From Chiloscyllium plagiosum (lineage: Eukaryota), in the NCBI RefSeq assembly GCF_004010195.1, contig NC_057718.1, positions 11,373,569-11,398,161 on the forward strand: 24,593 nt of DNA, read 5' to 3'. The notes below the pieces were generated by a model that saw only the letters and a program-made list of their open reading frames with translations, made no database searches and had not been told where the DNA came from. The position numbers were made by a program, and so were the translations under genes. Within the stretch, counting starts at the first letter, position 1; each line of letters starts with the position of its first letter. Shown one piece after another: positions 1-10,061 of the stretch.

Positions 1-107
1 CTCTGATGGAAGTTTGAAAGAACTACTCACTTATTCCCATTATCTTGTTACATGGAATTAGCCAGTGTAGGATTTATGGGGAATATAATGATAATCTGAG
101 TGAGGTT

Positions 108-634
108 GAGACATTGGTGAGGCCTCTTTTGGATTAATGCGTGCAGTTCTGGTTACCCTGAGAGAGGCAGGATATGATTAAATTGGAAAAGGTTCAGAAA
201 CTGTTGACCGGGATATTGCTAGTAATGGAGAGTTTGAGTTATAAAAAGAGACTGGAAAGGCTGGAAAGGACTTTTTTCCCTGGAGCGTTGCTGTCTGAGG
301 GCGACCTTATAGAGGTTTATAAAATCGTGAAGGGCAGAGATAAAGTGAATAGCAGAAGTCTTTTCCCTGGGGTGGGGGTGTTGAAAGCTAGGGGGCTTAC
401 TTTTAAGGTGAGAGGAGTAAGATTTGCAAAGGACATGAGGTGCAACTTTTTTAACACAGGGAATGGTGTGTGTGTGTGTATCGTTACAACATTTAAAAGA
501 CATTTAGATAAGTATATGGGTTGAAAAGGTTTGGGGGCAAATAGTCCAGGAGCAGGCAGGTGGGACAGCTTTAGTTTGGGAACATGGTTCGACTGAAAGG
601 TCTGGATCTGTGCTATATGACTCTATGACTCTAT
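108..634 (+). mobile_element. CR1-clade LINE (HER1-like) 3' fragment, degenerate
   Basis: ORF 174-524 has CR1 ORF2 C-terminal motifs (LEKVQK, SYKKRLERL, GDLIEVYKIVKG, FKRHLDKYM); element ends in a CTATGACT-type tandem tail at ~614-634. Confidence 0.9.
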
Positions 635-999
635 AACACTACACTTGCTTTTGAATCCATCTTCCTCTTGTCCAGGGAATTCCATTCCTCTGATCAGAGT
701 CGTGTACATGACTTGTGCTGACACTGTTGCACCATGATGCAGAACACTATCTGATTACCATTAACCCATTACGCTGCACTTTGCACAGAGACAGTTAAAT
801 TGATGGTGCTGAGCAGGAGCTGGAATCGCAGGATGGTAATCTCTGTTCGAACTGGCCTTGGAATGTGGGTCGATCCCAGCGCTTGTAGCTGAGTCTGTCC
901 TACTCTTTAGGAAAGGCATTCTTTCCAAACCCTCAGTTTGACTTCACTTTCACGGGATTTGTTGTAGTCTGCACTTTTATTTCTATGGTTCTATGGACA

Positions 1000-1235
1000 G
1001 CCCTGAAATTTGTTGCTGGTTTCTGGGACTAAGTGGCTTGTTTGGCCATTTCAGGGGGTCATTCAGAGCCAAGCACCTTGTTGCAGAGTCACATGTAGGT
1101 CAGACCTGATCAAAGATGGCAGATTTCCTTCCTCAGAGGGCATTCGGGAATCGGATGAATTTTGGAAATTGAAAATCAATGACAGCCTCACAGTCACCGT
1201 GGTTTAGCACATTCCAATCCCACATCTTTCACTTA
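1000..1235 (-). mobile_element. SINE-B internal fragment
   Basis: Shares GAGTCACATGTAGG..AGACC..GATGGCAGATTTCCTTCC body with the copy at 1520-1870. Confidence 0.7.
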
Positions 1236-1310
1236 TTATCTGGAAGGAAAAAAGACACATTTTGTCATGAGCTCTTCAGGACAATTTACAAGAGCACCAA
1301 CTTGAGGGAG

Positions 1311-1398
1311 GGGGCGGGGGAACAACACTGAATGAGAGGAGATTGCTGATTGGTTAGTAAGTGCACTTTGATTGGTAGAGGCGTTGCCATGCACCAAT
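1311..1398. promoter_or_regulatory. Cluster of GC box, CCAAT boxes and an RFX-like half site (possibly repeat-derived)
   Basis: GGGGCGGGG at ~1311, two TGATTGG, GTTGCCATG at ~1383, CCAAT at ~1394. Motif matches only. Confidence 0.25.
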
Positions 1399-1505
1399 TT
1401 AAATTCCACCAGCTGCTGGAGAGGGATTTGAACCCCTTTCCTCAGGACACTAACCTGGGTCTCCAGATTATTAGGTTAGTCCGCCATTACTGCTAGATCA
1501 CCAAC
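1395..1505 (-). mobile_element. SINE-B tRNA-like head fragment
   Basis: GGGATTTGAACCC is the reverse complement of a Pol III B box; flanks match other SINE-B heads. Confidence 0.65.
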
Positions 1506-1519
1506 TGTACTGGGTTTTG

Positions 1520-1870
1520 TTTCTATTCATTCACAGGATGAGGGCGTCACTGGCTAGGCAGCATTTATTACATCCCTAATTGCCCAGAGGGCAGCTAAGA
1601 GTCAACCCCATCGCTGTGGGTCTGGAGTCACATGTAGGCCACACCAGGCAAGGATGGCAGTTTCCTTCCCTAAAGGACATTATTGAACCAGAAGGGGGTT
1701 TACAACAATCAACAATAGATTCCTGGACATCATGAGGCGCTTAATTCCAGATTTTTATTGAATTCAAATTTTACCATCTGCTGTGGCAGGATTTGAACTC
1801 ATATCCCCAGAGCATTATCTGGGTCTTTGGGTTAACAGGCCAGTGATAATACCACTAGGCTATTGCCTTC
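1520..1870 (-). mobile_element. SINE-B, near full length (tRNA-like head, body, L2-like LINE 3' tail)
   Basis: Minus strand: A box TAGCCTAGTGG, B box GAGTTCAAATCC, tail GGGCAATTAGGGATG..ATAAATGCTG..GAATGAATAGAAA shared with the L2-like LINE ends in this window. Confidence 0.85.
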
Positions 1871-2203
1871 CCTGTACCCAGGGGAGTCTATTTGCCATGT
1901 TCAAGGGCTTCAGCTACACTTCAGTCTCAGTCACTTTGAAGGCCCTGGGTATAGAGACTGGCACGTCATTGGATTATTTAATGACCAACTCTCACAGGAC
2001 ATTTCCCACACACTTCTCCTGCTTAGCAACATTTTAAACACATCGTATACAGTCAACAGCCTTTCCCACAAGGGGGGACATTTAGCAGTTTTCCCCTATA
2101 AAATCCACCTTGTTTACGTTCTCTGTGACTCCACACCATAAATCACTGAGCTCATTTCCACCTTTCAAAGGAAATGAGTGCTTGCTCGGCATTCACGGCT
2201 TAC

Positions 2204-2374
2204 CCCATTTCCACCTCCCGCTGCACGCTCAACTCTTTCACCTCGTTATGCAGCTGAGTATGGAGCTGCTCACAGCAAGACACCAGTGAAGACTGTGAAG
2301 AGATTTTCGGAACTGGTTCTCTTTGGCAAGAACGGATTGCAGGCGTTCCCAAGTACTGATTGGCAAAAATGTAC
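2204..2374 (-). other. Candidate exon (unverified)
   Basis: Non-repeat sequence with an open frame (YIFANQ...QREVEMG) ending at ATGGG|GTAAGC donor; 5' boundary uncertain; no protein recognised. Confidence 0.3.
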
Positions 2375-2404
2375 CTGATGCATCTGGCTATATCGCTCAG
2401 TGAA

Positions 2405-2697
2405 TCACAGCATCCCCTACAGTGTGGAAGCAGGCCATTCGGCCCACACTGATCATCCAAAGGACATCCCTCCCTGCATTTCCCACGACTAACTAACCTA
2501 GCCTGCTCATCCCGGAACACTATTCAACATGGGCAATCCACCCTGACCTGCACATCACTGGACTGTGGGAGGAAATCCACGCAGACACAGGAGAACACGC
2601 AAACTCCACACAGACAGTTGCCCGAGGCTGGAACTGAACCCAGGCCCCTGACATTGGGAGGCAGCAGTGCTAACCACTGAGCCACCGCACCACCCCA
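2405..2697 (-). mobile_element. HE1-like V-SINE
   Basis: Minus strand GGTGGCTCAGTGGTTAGCACTGCTGCCTC head, V-domain TGTGTGGAGTTTGC, CR1-type tail. Confidence 0.9.
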
Positions 2698-2811
2698 AAG
2701 CTAGCTGCAGCACCAAAATACCACAAGACTGGATGCCTTTCACCGAGGGCATTCGGATGCGTGCCTGTCCCGTGACAGTGCACGGATATAGGATACAAAC
2801 TTATCCAACCA

Positions 2812-3052
2812 AATCATCGAGGAGGCCATTCAGCCCACCTTGCTAGTCCCTGCTCTTTGATAGAATTTCCCAATTCTCTGCTCATTTCCCTAGATCCTCA
2901 GAAATGTGTCCTTTCAGGCAGCGTATTTGCAGCCCTTCAGAAAAATGAGTTGTTGCGTCTAGTCAATCGTGTTTGGTCTGTGTCCTCTGGTTCTCAATTC
3001 TTCTCCTGATGGAGAATGTTTCTCCTCATCTGGTCCATCAAAGTCCCTCATT
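2812..3052 (-). mobile_element. Old CR1 3' fragment
   Basis: GGAGGCCATTCAGCCCA tail motif and TGTGTCCTCTGGTTCT...TCCATCAAAGTCCCTCAT resemble the antisense CR1 3' end. Confidence 0.6.
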
Positions 3053-3078
3053 CCCAAAACGGGGCTAAGTTCACAAAG

Positions 3079-3315
3079 TTGAGTTTGCACATTCTCCCCG
3101 TGTCCGCGTGGGTTTCCTCCGGGTGCTCCGGTTTCCTCCCACAGTCCAAAGATGTGCAGGTCAGGTGAATTGGCCAGGCTAAATTGCCCATAGTGTTAGG
3201 TGCATTAGTCAGAGGGAAATGGGTTTGGATGGGTTACTCTTCGGTGGGTCTGTGTGGACTTGTTGGGCCAAAGGGCCTGTTTCCACAGTGTAGGGAATCT
3301 AATCTAATCTAATCT
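3079..3315 (+). mobile_element. HE1 SINE, 5'-truncated
   Basis: V-domain GAGTTTGCACATTCTCCCCGTGTC..GGGTTTCCTCCGGGTGCTCCGG and (AATCT)n tail. Confidence 0.92.
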
Positions 3316-3349
3316 AGAGGCTGTCAAAAATTCAGGAGAAATCCAGTAA

Positions 3350-3690
3350 GCAGTGGAAAGTGAGGTGCCCTGCCTCACAGCACCAGGGTCCCAGGTTCAA
3401 TTCCATCCTCGAGCGACGTTTGTGAGGAGTTTGCACATTCTCCCCGTGTCTGTGTGAGTCCCCTCCGGGTGCTCCGGTTTCCTCCCACAATCCAAAGCTG
3501 TGCAGGTCAGGATGGATTGGCCGTAGGAAATTGCGCCTTAGTGTCCGGGGATGCGCAGGTTTATGGGTTAACAATGGGAGATGCAGGGTTACAGGGTAGG
3601 GGTCTGGGTCTGGGTGGGATGCTGTTCAGAGGGTCAGTGTGGACCTGAGGGGTCAAATAGCCTGCTTCCATGCTGTAGGCATTCTATGAT
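3350..3690 (+). mobile_element. HE1-like V-SINE, older copy
   Basis: B box GGTTCAATTCC, V-domain, tail GCCTGCTTCCATGCTGTAGGCATTCTATGAT. Confidence 0.88.
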
Positions 3691-3714
3691 AAGAACAAGG
3701 AGTTCTTGCTTGAG

Positions 3715-4200
3715 TTGAAAAGTGCTTTGATGAAACCAGACTCAGAATATTGTGCGTAGTTGGTTTTCACAGCCGAGACAGGACGTTCTTGCTGTGGAGG
3801 AAGTGCAGCAAGTCCAGTTCCTGGGCTGAGGGAGATCTCCTCTGATGACAGGTTGATGTTTGAGAGAGCCAATCAGAATTGGAGTTTAACAGTGATTTGC
3901 ATTGAACAGGCAAGTCTCTGAATGAACCCAACAGAGTTGACACCAAAGGTATTATCTCTGGTTGGGGAATCTGGGACCCAGGGACACAGTCTCAGGATGA
4001 GGGGCCAATTATTTAGCAACTGGAATAAACAGTAATGTCTGCACACAGAGGGTTGTGAACATTTGAAATTCCCTCCCTAGAGGGCTGTAGGTAATCCATG
4101 GCTGAGTGTATTAAACATTGAGATAGATGGAGTTTTGGTGTCTCTGAGAATTAAAGTAGGTGGGGAGTGGGCGGGAAACTAAATTGAAGCAGGAGTTCAG
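3715..4200 (+). mobile_element. Old CR1 3' fragment
   Basis: Degenerate CR1 motifs (TTGTGCGTAGTTGG, GGGGAATCTGGGACCCAGGGACACAGTCTCAGG, CAGAGGGTTGTGAAC, GAGATAGATGG). Confidence 0.75.
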
Positions 4201-4904
4201 ACACAGAATCATAGGTTCTCTGCTGCGTGGAAACAGGCCATTTGGCCCATCGAGTCCACATGATTGTATTAATGGCAGAGAAGGTTTGACAGCATTGTCC
4301 TGTTCCTGTTCTCATGCCCTCCAGTTGTCTAGTTCAGGCCAGAAGACGGTCTCTTTGGTGTCAGTCTCTATCATTCAATGCAACACCACCGACATTATTC
4401 TCTCCTCTTCTGATGTGGGGGAGCAGAAAAGGCAACGTACAAATCTCTAGGTACAGGAGATACCTGTGCGCCACCCAGCCTGAGATGGCCTCTGCAGCAC
4501 CCTATAGTGCCATCGCAAAGCATAGGAACAAGCTGTGAATCTCCTCCGTGCAATTCACAAAATCCTCCACAGAAACATGTACTCCCAAAAAAACCTCAAG
4601 TTGCATTGTTTTTCTGTGGAGTGTTCCCATCTTAAAGGAGTACATGTGTGATTGCCAAAAAGCAGTAGTGAGGGTAATGTGATGAATGCCAGTCGTTGCA
4701 GGCTGTTCACAATATTGGAGCCTGTCAGATCACCGTGCAACACTCGTGAAATTTTGTGTAATGTTTGTTTAAGAATGGGACTGCTAGTGATATGGGATGC
4801 AGCTGGATTCAGAGAAGATGAGTCAGAGGAGTAATCTTTTTCAAAAAACATCTCTAACTCTCTTCTAAACACTAACGTAGGAAGTGCAACATAAGCTGAA
4901 AGAC

Positions 4905-5665
4905 ATCCAAGTGGCAAGTTACACTTATGCCACGATAGTGCAACTAAATATTCAACTTAAACAAGAGAGAATCTAACCATCGCCCTCAGTGGTGTTGCTA
5001 TCACTGAATATCAATGTCTTGGGGGTTTATCCTTGACCAGAAACTCAACTGAACGCTCCATATAAATGCAGGGTCAACAAGAGCAGATCAGAGGGTAGGA
5101 ATACTGCAGCCTGCAACTCACTCTTCATCCCTCCTCCCCACCCCCCAGAGCCTGCCCACCATCTGCAAGGCATGAGTTAGGAATGTGATGGAATACTCCC
5201 CACTTGCCCTGGATGGGTGCAGCGCCAAAAACACTCAAGGGCACCATCCAGGACAAAGCTTGATTTCCATCCCGTCCACTACTTTCAACACTTACTCCCT
5301 CCACCACCACCACACGGCAGTAACAGTGTGCGCCACCAACAAGGTGCACCACACAACTCATTGAGGCTCCTTCAACAACACCTTCCGAATCTGAAACTTG
5401 GAACATCCTGAAGGATAAGGGCAGCACAGGCAGGGGAACACCACCACTTGCAAGTTCCCCTCTAAGGGACACAGTGAAATATATCGCTGTTCCTTCACTG
5501 TCACCGGGTCAGCATCTTGAAACAGAACTGAGGTTGGCTCTACAGCATATGGACTGCAGCAGTTCAAGAAGCGAGCTCCTCACCACCTCCTCCACATGGC
5601 AATGAAGGATAAGCAATAAATGCTGGCTTAGGGGGGTGATACCTGCAACCCATGAATGAATTTAA
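4905..5665 (+). mobile_element. L2/Crack-like LINE 3' fragment
   Basis: Colinear with 12368-13075 and 16008-16620 (GTGATGGAATACTCCCCACTTGCC, CCATCCAGGACAAAGC, tail CCATGAATGAAT). Confidence 0.85.
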
Positions 5666-5669
5666 AACA

Positions 5670-6100
5670 TCAAATTTGCTAACAGGATGCTCACGCAAGC
5701 ACAATGTGGTGTTTATCAGATAATCTGTTTTTGAGATGTTGCTTAAGGATTAGATACTGGTTGAGGACACCAATGTTTTATTTTTAAATGGTATCACAAG
5801 ATCGCCTCTGCACCCCTGAGAGTGTGGGGAACAGTGAATTAGTTTAATACCATGTTCAAAAGATAAAAATCACACAACACCAGGTTATAGTCCAACAGGT
5901 TTATTTGGAAGCACTAGCTTTCGGAGCGCTGCTCTTTCACACCGGCACCTCCAAATCATGTTCAAAAGAGAGCACCTTTGACAGTGCAGCACCCCCACGG
6001 TACAACACATGCACAGGGTCAGTGCAGGTGGGACATGAATCTACAATGATCTGATGGAGGAGGATGAAGGCTCTTTGTCGAGTCACAGCTGTCTTCAGTA
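5670..6100 (-). mobile_element. DeuSINE-like (SacSINE1-type) relic, interrupted at 5864-5956
   Basis: Antisense Deu-like motifs CAGATAATCTGTTTT..GATGTTG, GGACACC, GCACCTTTGACAGTGCAGCAC; homologous to 23290-23862. Confidence 0.6.
5864..5956 (-). mobile_element. Short Penelope-like pLTR remnant with 13-bp TSD
   Basis: CATGTTCAAAAGA at 5851-5863 and 5957-5969; minus strand keeps TGA-AA-GAGC-AGC-GCTC-C-GAAAGCTA, the 3' part of a hammerhead core. Confidence 0.65.
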
Positions 6101-6345
6101 AATTACTATCAGAAGATTGAAATGACATGTATGTTAGTGTAAGCCCAGAAAAGCAAGGCTGCAGAATCCATGACCAGGCTATTTTCATGCTTTAATGATG
6201 ATGAGATGGTGATGAATAATGTGATGTCACAGTGACATCAGGATCCTGTGATGAAGAGAGAGGATGGAACTGTCGGTCTGATGGAGATGCACATTGATGT
6301 AATATTCAGGTGGTCACTCGAAGCACCAGGACACACAGGGCTATG

Positions 6346-7170
6346 GCGAAAGTGAGGACTGCAGATGCTGGAGAGTCCAGAGTGTGCTGCTGGGAAAGTA
6401 CAGCAGGTCAGGCAGCATCCGAGGAGCAGGAGAATTGATGTTTCGGACATAAGCCCCTTAATCAGGAAGGTGGGAGATTTGGGTGTGGGGAGATAAATGA
6501 GAGGGGGTGGGGCTGGGGAGAAGGCAGCTGAGAGTGCTAATACATGGATGGAGGTGGGGGTGAAGGTGATAGGTCGGAAAGGAGGGCGGAGTGGTTAGGT
6601 AGGAAGGAAGATTGACGGGTGGAACAGGTCATGAGGGCGGTGCTGAACTGGAAGGGTGGAACTGGAGTAAGGTGGGGGGAGGGGGAATGAGGAAACTGGT
6701 GAAGTCCACGTTGATGCCCTGGGTTTGAAGGGTCCCGAGGGGGAAGATGAGGTGTTCTTCCTCCAGGCATCGGGTGGTGAGGGAGTGGCGGTGGAGGAGG
6801 CTCATCCTCGGCATCTTGGATGGAGGTGAGGGGGGAGATGTTGGCATAGGTTTTGCAATTCCTGCGGTCGCAGGGGAAGGTGCCAGGATGGGAGGGTGGG
6901 TTTTAGGGGGGGCGTGGATCTGACGAGATAGTCGTGGAGGGAATGGTCTTTATGGAAAGCGGATGGGGTGGGGAGAGAACTATAACTCTGGTGGTGGGGT
7001 CTGCTTGTAGTTGGCGGAAATGTCGGCGGAGAATGATGTGATGAATACAGAGGTTGGTGGGGTGGAAGGTGAGGACCAGGGGTTTCTGTCCTTGTTGCAG
7101 TTGGAGGAATGGGGTTTGAAGGTGGAGCTGCGGGAAGTGGATAAGATGCACTGGAGGGTATGGGCCACGT
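6346..7170 (-). mobile_element. Penelope-like retroelement 3' part (linker, GIY-YIG C-terminus, pLTR), frameshifted and internally deleted
   Basis: Peptides PLVLTFHPTNL..HHIILRRHFRQLQADP, AFHKDHSLHDYLVRS and LEEEHLIFPLGTLQTQGINVDF are typical of the PLE ORF C-terminus; pLTR at ~6346-6470 matches other pLTR copies. Confidence 0.88.
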
Positions 7171-7174
7171 GCTA

Positions 7175-7265
7175 GGGAATGGGACTAGGGTAGATAGGGG
7201 CTTAATAAGAGGGACAGACATGATGGGCTGAAGGATCTGATTCCATGCTGTGGAATTGTATGACA
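7175..7265 (+). mobile_element. CR1 3' tail fragment
   Basis: GACATGATGGGCTGAAGGATCTGATTCCATGCTGT..TATGAC tail motif. Confidence 0.65.
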
Positions 7266-7781
7266 AAAAAACTCCACTCCTCTCTGACCCAGAAAAGATG
7301 AGCCCTAATTTTAAAACAGTGTCCCCTCATTGGGACTTAGAACAGTATTGAGTACAATAGTGTACAAATCAAGAAGGGGAAAACATGTCAGCCAACAGAC
7401 GATGGGCAGAGGTAAAGATAAACATTTCTCCAATGAGCAGTATAGAATCCCTCGCCTGATGAAACTGGGATGTAGCTGTTTCACTGTGAAGTTTATACAA
7501 AACCAAAACACTGGACCTTCAGGGTAACAGGACAACCCAAAATGCTCTGGAGCAGATTGCGAACTTGGTTTGAAATCTAGTCATGAATTCTCGTTGAGAA
7601 GATTTTTACACATTGAGAAACCAGGATCTGCAATGAGAGAAATGATCAGATAATTAGTTTTGATGCTAATTTAATCCAAAGGTAGGACCTTAAATCTAAG
7701 CAAAGAAAGCTGTGAATGAGAAGCAAGTTGCCTGGTGGTGGTTTGGGAAGATTCATTAAAAGATGTGGCTGCTTACTGAAA

Positions 7782-8357
7782 CATAGAATCCCTACAGCGT
7801 GGAGGCAGACCACTCAGCCCATCAAGTCCACACCGATCCTCTGAAGAGCATCCCACCATATCCCCGTAACCCTGCATTTCTCATGGCCAATCCACCTAGC
7901 CTGTACATCCCTGGACTCTATGGGCAATTTAACATGGCTAATCCACCTAGCCTGCACATCCCTGGACTCTATGGGAAATTTAACATGGCCAATCCAAATA
8001 GCCTTCACATCCCTGGACTCTATGGGCAATTTAACATGGCTAATCCACCTAGCCTGTACATCTCTAGACTCTATGGGCAATTTAACATGGCTAATCCACC
8101 TAGCCTTCACATCCCTGGACTCTATGGGCAATTTAACATGGCCAATCCACCCAGCCTGCACATCCCTAGACTGTATGGGCAATTTAATGTGGCCACTCCA
8201 CCTAGCCTGCACATCTTTGGACTGAGGGGGAAAATTGGAGCACGCAAACGCAGGAAAAATGTGCAAGTTTTGCACAACAGTTGCCTGAGAGTGGAATTGA
8301 ACCTGGGCCCCTGACGCTGGGAGGCACCTGCGCTAACCACTGAGCCACCGTGACCCC
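7782..8357 (-). mobile_element. HE1-like SINE with internal minisatellite expansion
   Basis: Head GGGGTCACGGTGGCTCAGTGGTTAGC at ~8357-8332, tail CTGTAGGGATTCTATG at ~7782-7797. Confidence 0.9.
7882..8223. repeat. 51-bp minisatellite, 6 full units plus a partial seventh
   Basis: Unit CATGGCCAATCCACCTAGCCTGTACATCCCTGGACTCTATGGGCAATTTAA starting at 7882, 7933, 7984, 8035, 8086, 8137, 8188. Confidence 0.97.
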
Positions 8358-8489
8358 TATAAATTGCTGTGTTATACAACATACATACATTCCTTTAAAG
8401 TACCAAAAAGCCAGCAGGAAAAGTGAGCCAACTGTGACTAATAATGAAATAATTAGATCAAAGCAGCATGTTAATAAAGTTACCAAACA

Positions 8490-8635
8490 AGTAATAAACT
8501 AAAGGACTGGGAGCATTTTAGAATTCAGCAAATGAGGACCAAGAAACTGATAAAGAACAGGACTGTAAACAAGCAAGAAATATAAAAATAGAATATAAAA
8601 CTTCCAAAGGGATGCAAATTGGAAAAGATCAGAAC
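8490..8635 (+). mobile_element. CR1 ORF2 internal fragment
   Basis: Translates DWEHFRIQQMRTKKLIK...ARNIK, resembling the CR1 tether between endonuclease and RT. Confidence 0.65.
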
Positions 8636-8705
8636 GGAGAAATATTTCATTGAAATGTCCATCCAATTATCCCCTAGATATCCTTGATCATCTCTGCTTC
8701 CAGAA

Positions 8706-8897
8706 TTGGAGAAAGTGAGGACTGCAGATGCTGGAGATCAGAGTCGAGAGTGTGGGGCTGGAAAAGCACAGCAAGTCAGGCAGCATCTGAGGAGCAGGAG
8801 AATCGATGTTTTGGGCATAAGCTCTTCATCAGGAATTCCTGCTCCTCGGATGCTGCCTGACCTGCTGTGCTTTTCCAGCTTCACACTCTCGACTCTG
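8706..8897. mobile_element. Penelope pLTR with inverted partial pLTR (fold-back) and 14-bp TSD
   Basis: 61-bp inverted arms 8739-8799 / 8837-8897; CTCTGCTTC(C/T)AGAA at 8692-8705 and 8893-8906. Confidence 0.88.
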
Positions 8898-8984
8898 CTT
8901 CTAGAAAACCTTGTTATTAATAATAATTAAAGCATTATTAATCATTCGTGCCTTGTATAGTTTGAGCAAAATCTTCCTATTTTT

Positions 8985-9375
8985 AAAGTCCATTGCCTTT
9001 CAAATAAAGGACGGCATCCCAATTGCCTCCCCTATTACCGGCTGAACATTGTTGTTAGCTTTTTGTGAATCATGTTGAAAGCCTCCCAAATCTGAGGCTT
9101 TCTGCAGTCTTTCTCCATTTCATATTTACCTCCTCGCTCCTTCCTGCCAAAGTGTGTAACATCATATTTCTCCATATGATATCATACCTGCCAAGGTTTT
9201 TGCCCACTGGCTGAACCTGTCTCTATCCCTGTACAGACTTTTTTGCGGCATCCTCACCACTTGCCATCACTAATTTTTGTGAGTTCTGCCAACTCGGTTA
9301 GAGAACATTCCCTTTCTTGTTCGGAGCCGTGAATAGCTGCTATAAATAATCGTGGCCCCAGCCCTATGACACCCC
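8985..9375 (-). mobile_element. Old CR1 RT-region fragment
   Basis: Antisense CR1 RT motifs (GTTAGCTTTTTGTGAATCATG, CTTCCTGCCAAAGTG, ATAAATAATCGTGGCCCCAGC). Confidence 0.7.
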
Positions 9376-10061
9376 ATTTGTTCAATATTTTATCCCCACT
9401 GACTCTGAGTGTGCCTTAGCCAATGAATTGTGCTCTGAGAGTGCTCCCAATAGGCCCAAAGCCCTGATAGCTACCAGTATTCCTGGAACAAACTCCACAC
9501 GATTGAAAACAAATGTGCTGAGATTTGGTAGCCATTTCCTTCATTGTATTTATCCCTTTGATGCATAAGGTCTGCATCAGCCGAATAAATCAGTTGTCTA
9601 TGATTTGTCAGCCCTGTGTTATAAACCGTGTGTCAGCATTCCTGTGGTTAGATACAGCAGCCTTCTGAGTAACGGCACTTGCAGTTTATTTGCGAAGCTT
9701 GATGAGCTGTACATCGAGCAGATCTGGAGCTTGGATGTGGGGCTGCTGTGTCTTTGAATCTTCCTGGTAAAGCCCATTGGGAGGGGGGGGGGCATGTGAA
9801 TTTCTGCCGATATGACAGATTCCTGCCCTCTTACCCCATCCTTGAAACAAGCCCCCACACCTATCCTGTCCAACCCCAAACAGGCAAGATTTACACATCT
9901 GGTAATCAACAGGGAAGCCTTGGATACGGCTTTCTGTAAGACGCAGGACTTCTGTTGCTCATAACAATGTTGAAACACAGGATACAACAAAGTTTACTTG
10001 GTGTTTGTTTCACATATGCTTCTTATACCCCATTTGTCAAATCATGGGAAGTCTTTATGGA

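Noticed and set aside
2151..2178. 9-bp hairpin CTCATTTCC/GGAAATGAG
   Set aside because: Short enough to occur by chance; no supporting context.
4555..4917. 120-aa minus ORF
   Set aside because: Non-ATG start, no recognisable homology or exon boundaries.
7882..8223. CRISPR array or repeat-protein gene (ORFs 7799-8314, 7814-8275, 7920-8225)
   Set aside because: Units are contiguous with no unique spacers, lie inside a SINE, and the ORFs follow from the 51-bp period.
9619..9990. 123-aa minus ORF and overlapping ORFs in unique sequence
   Set aside because: No recognisable domain, includes a homopolymer-derived poly-Pro, and no coherent splice signals.
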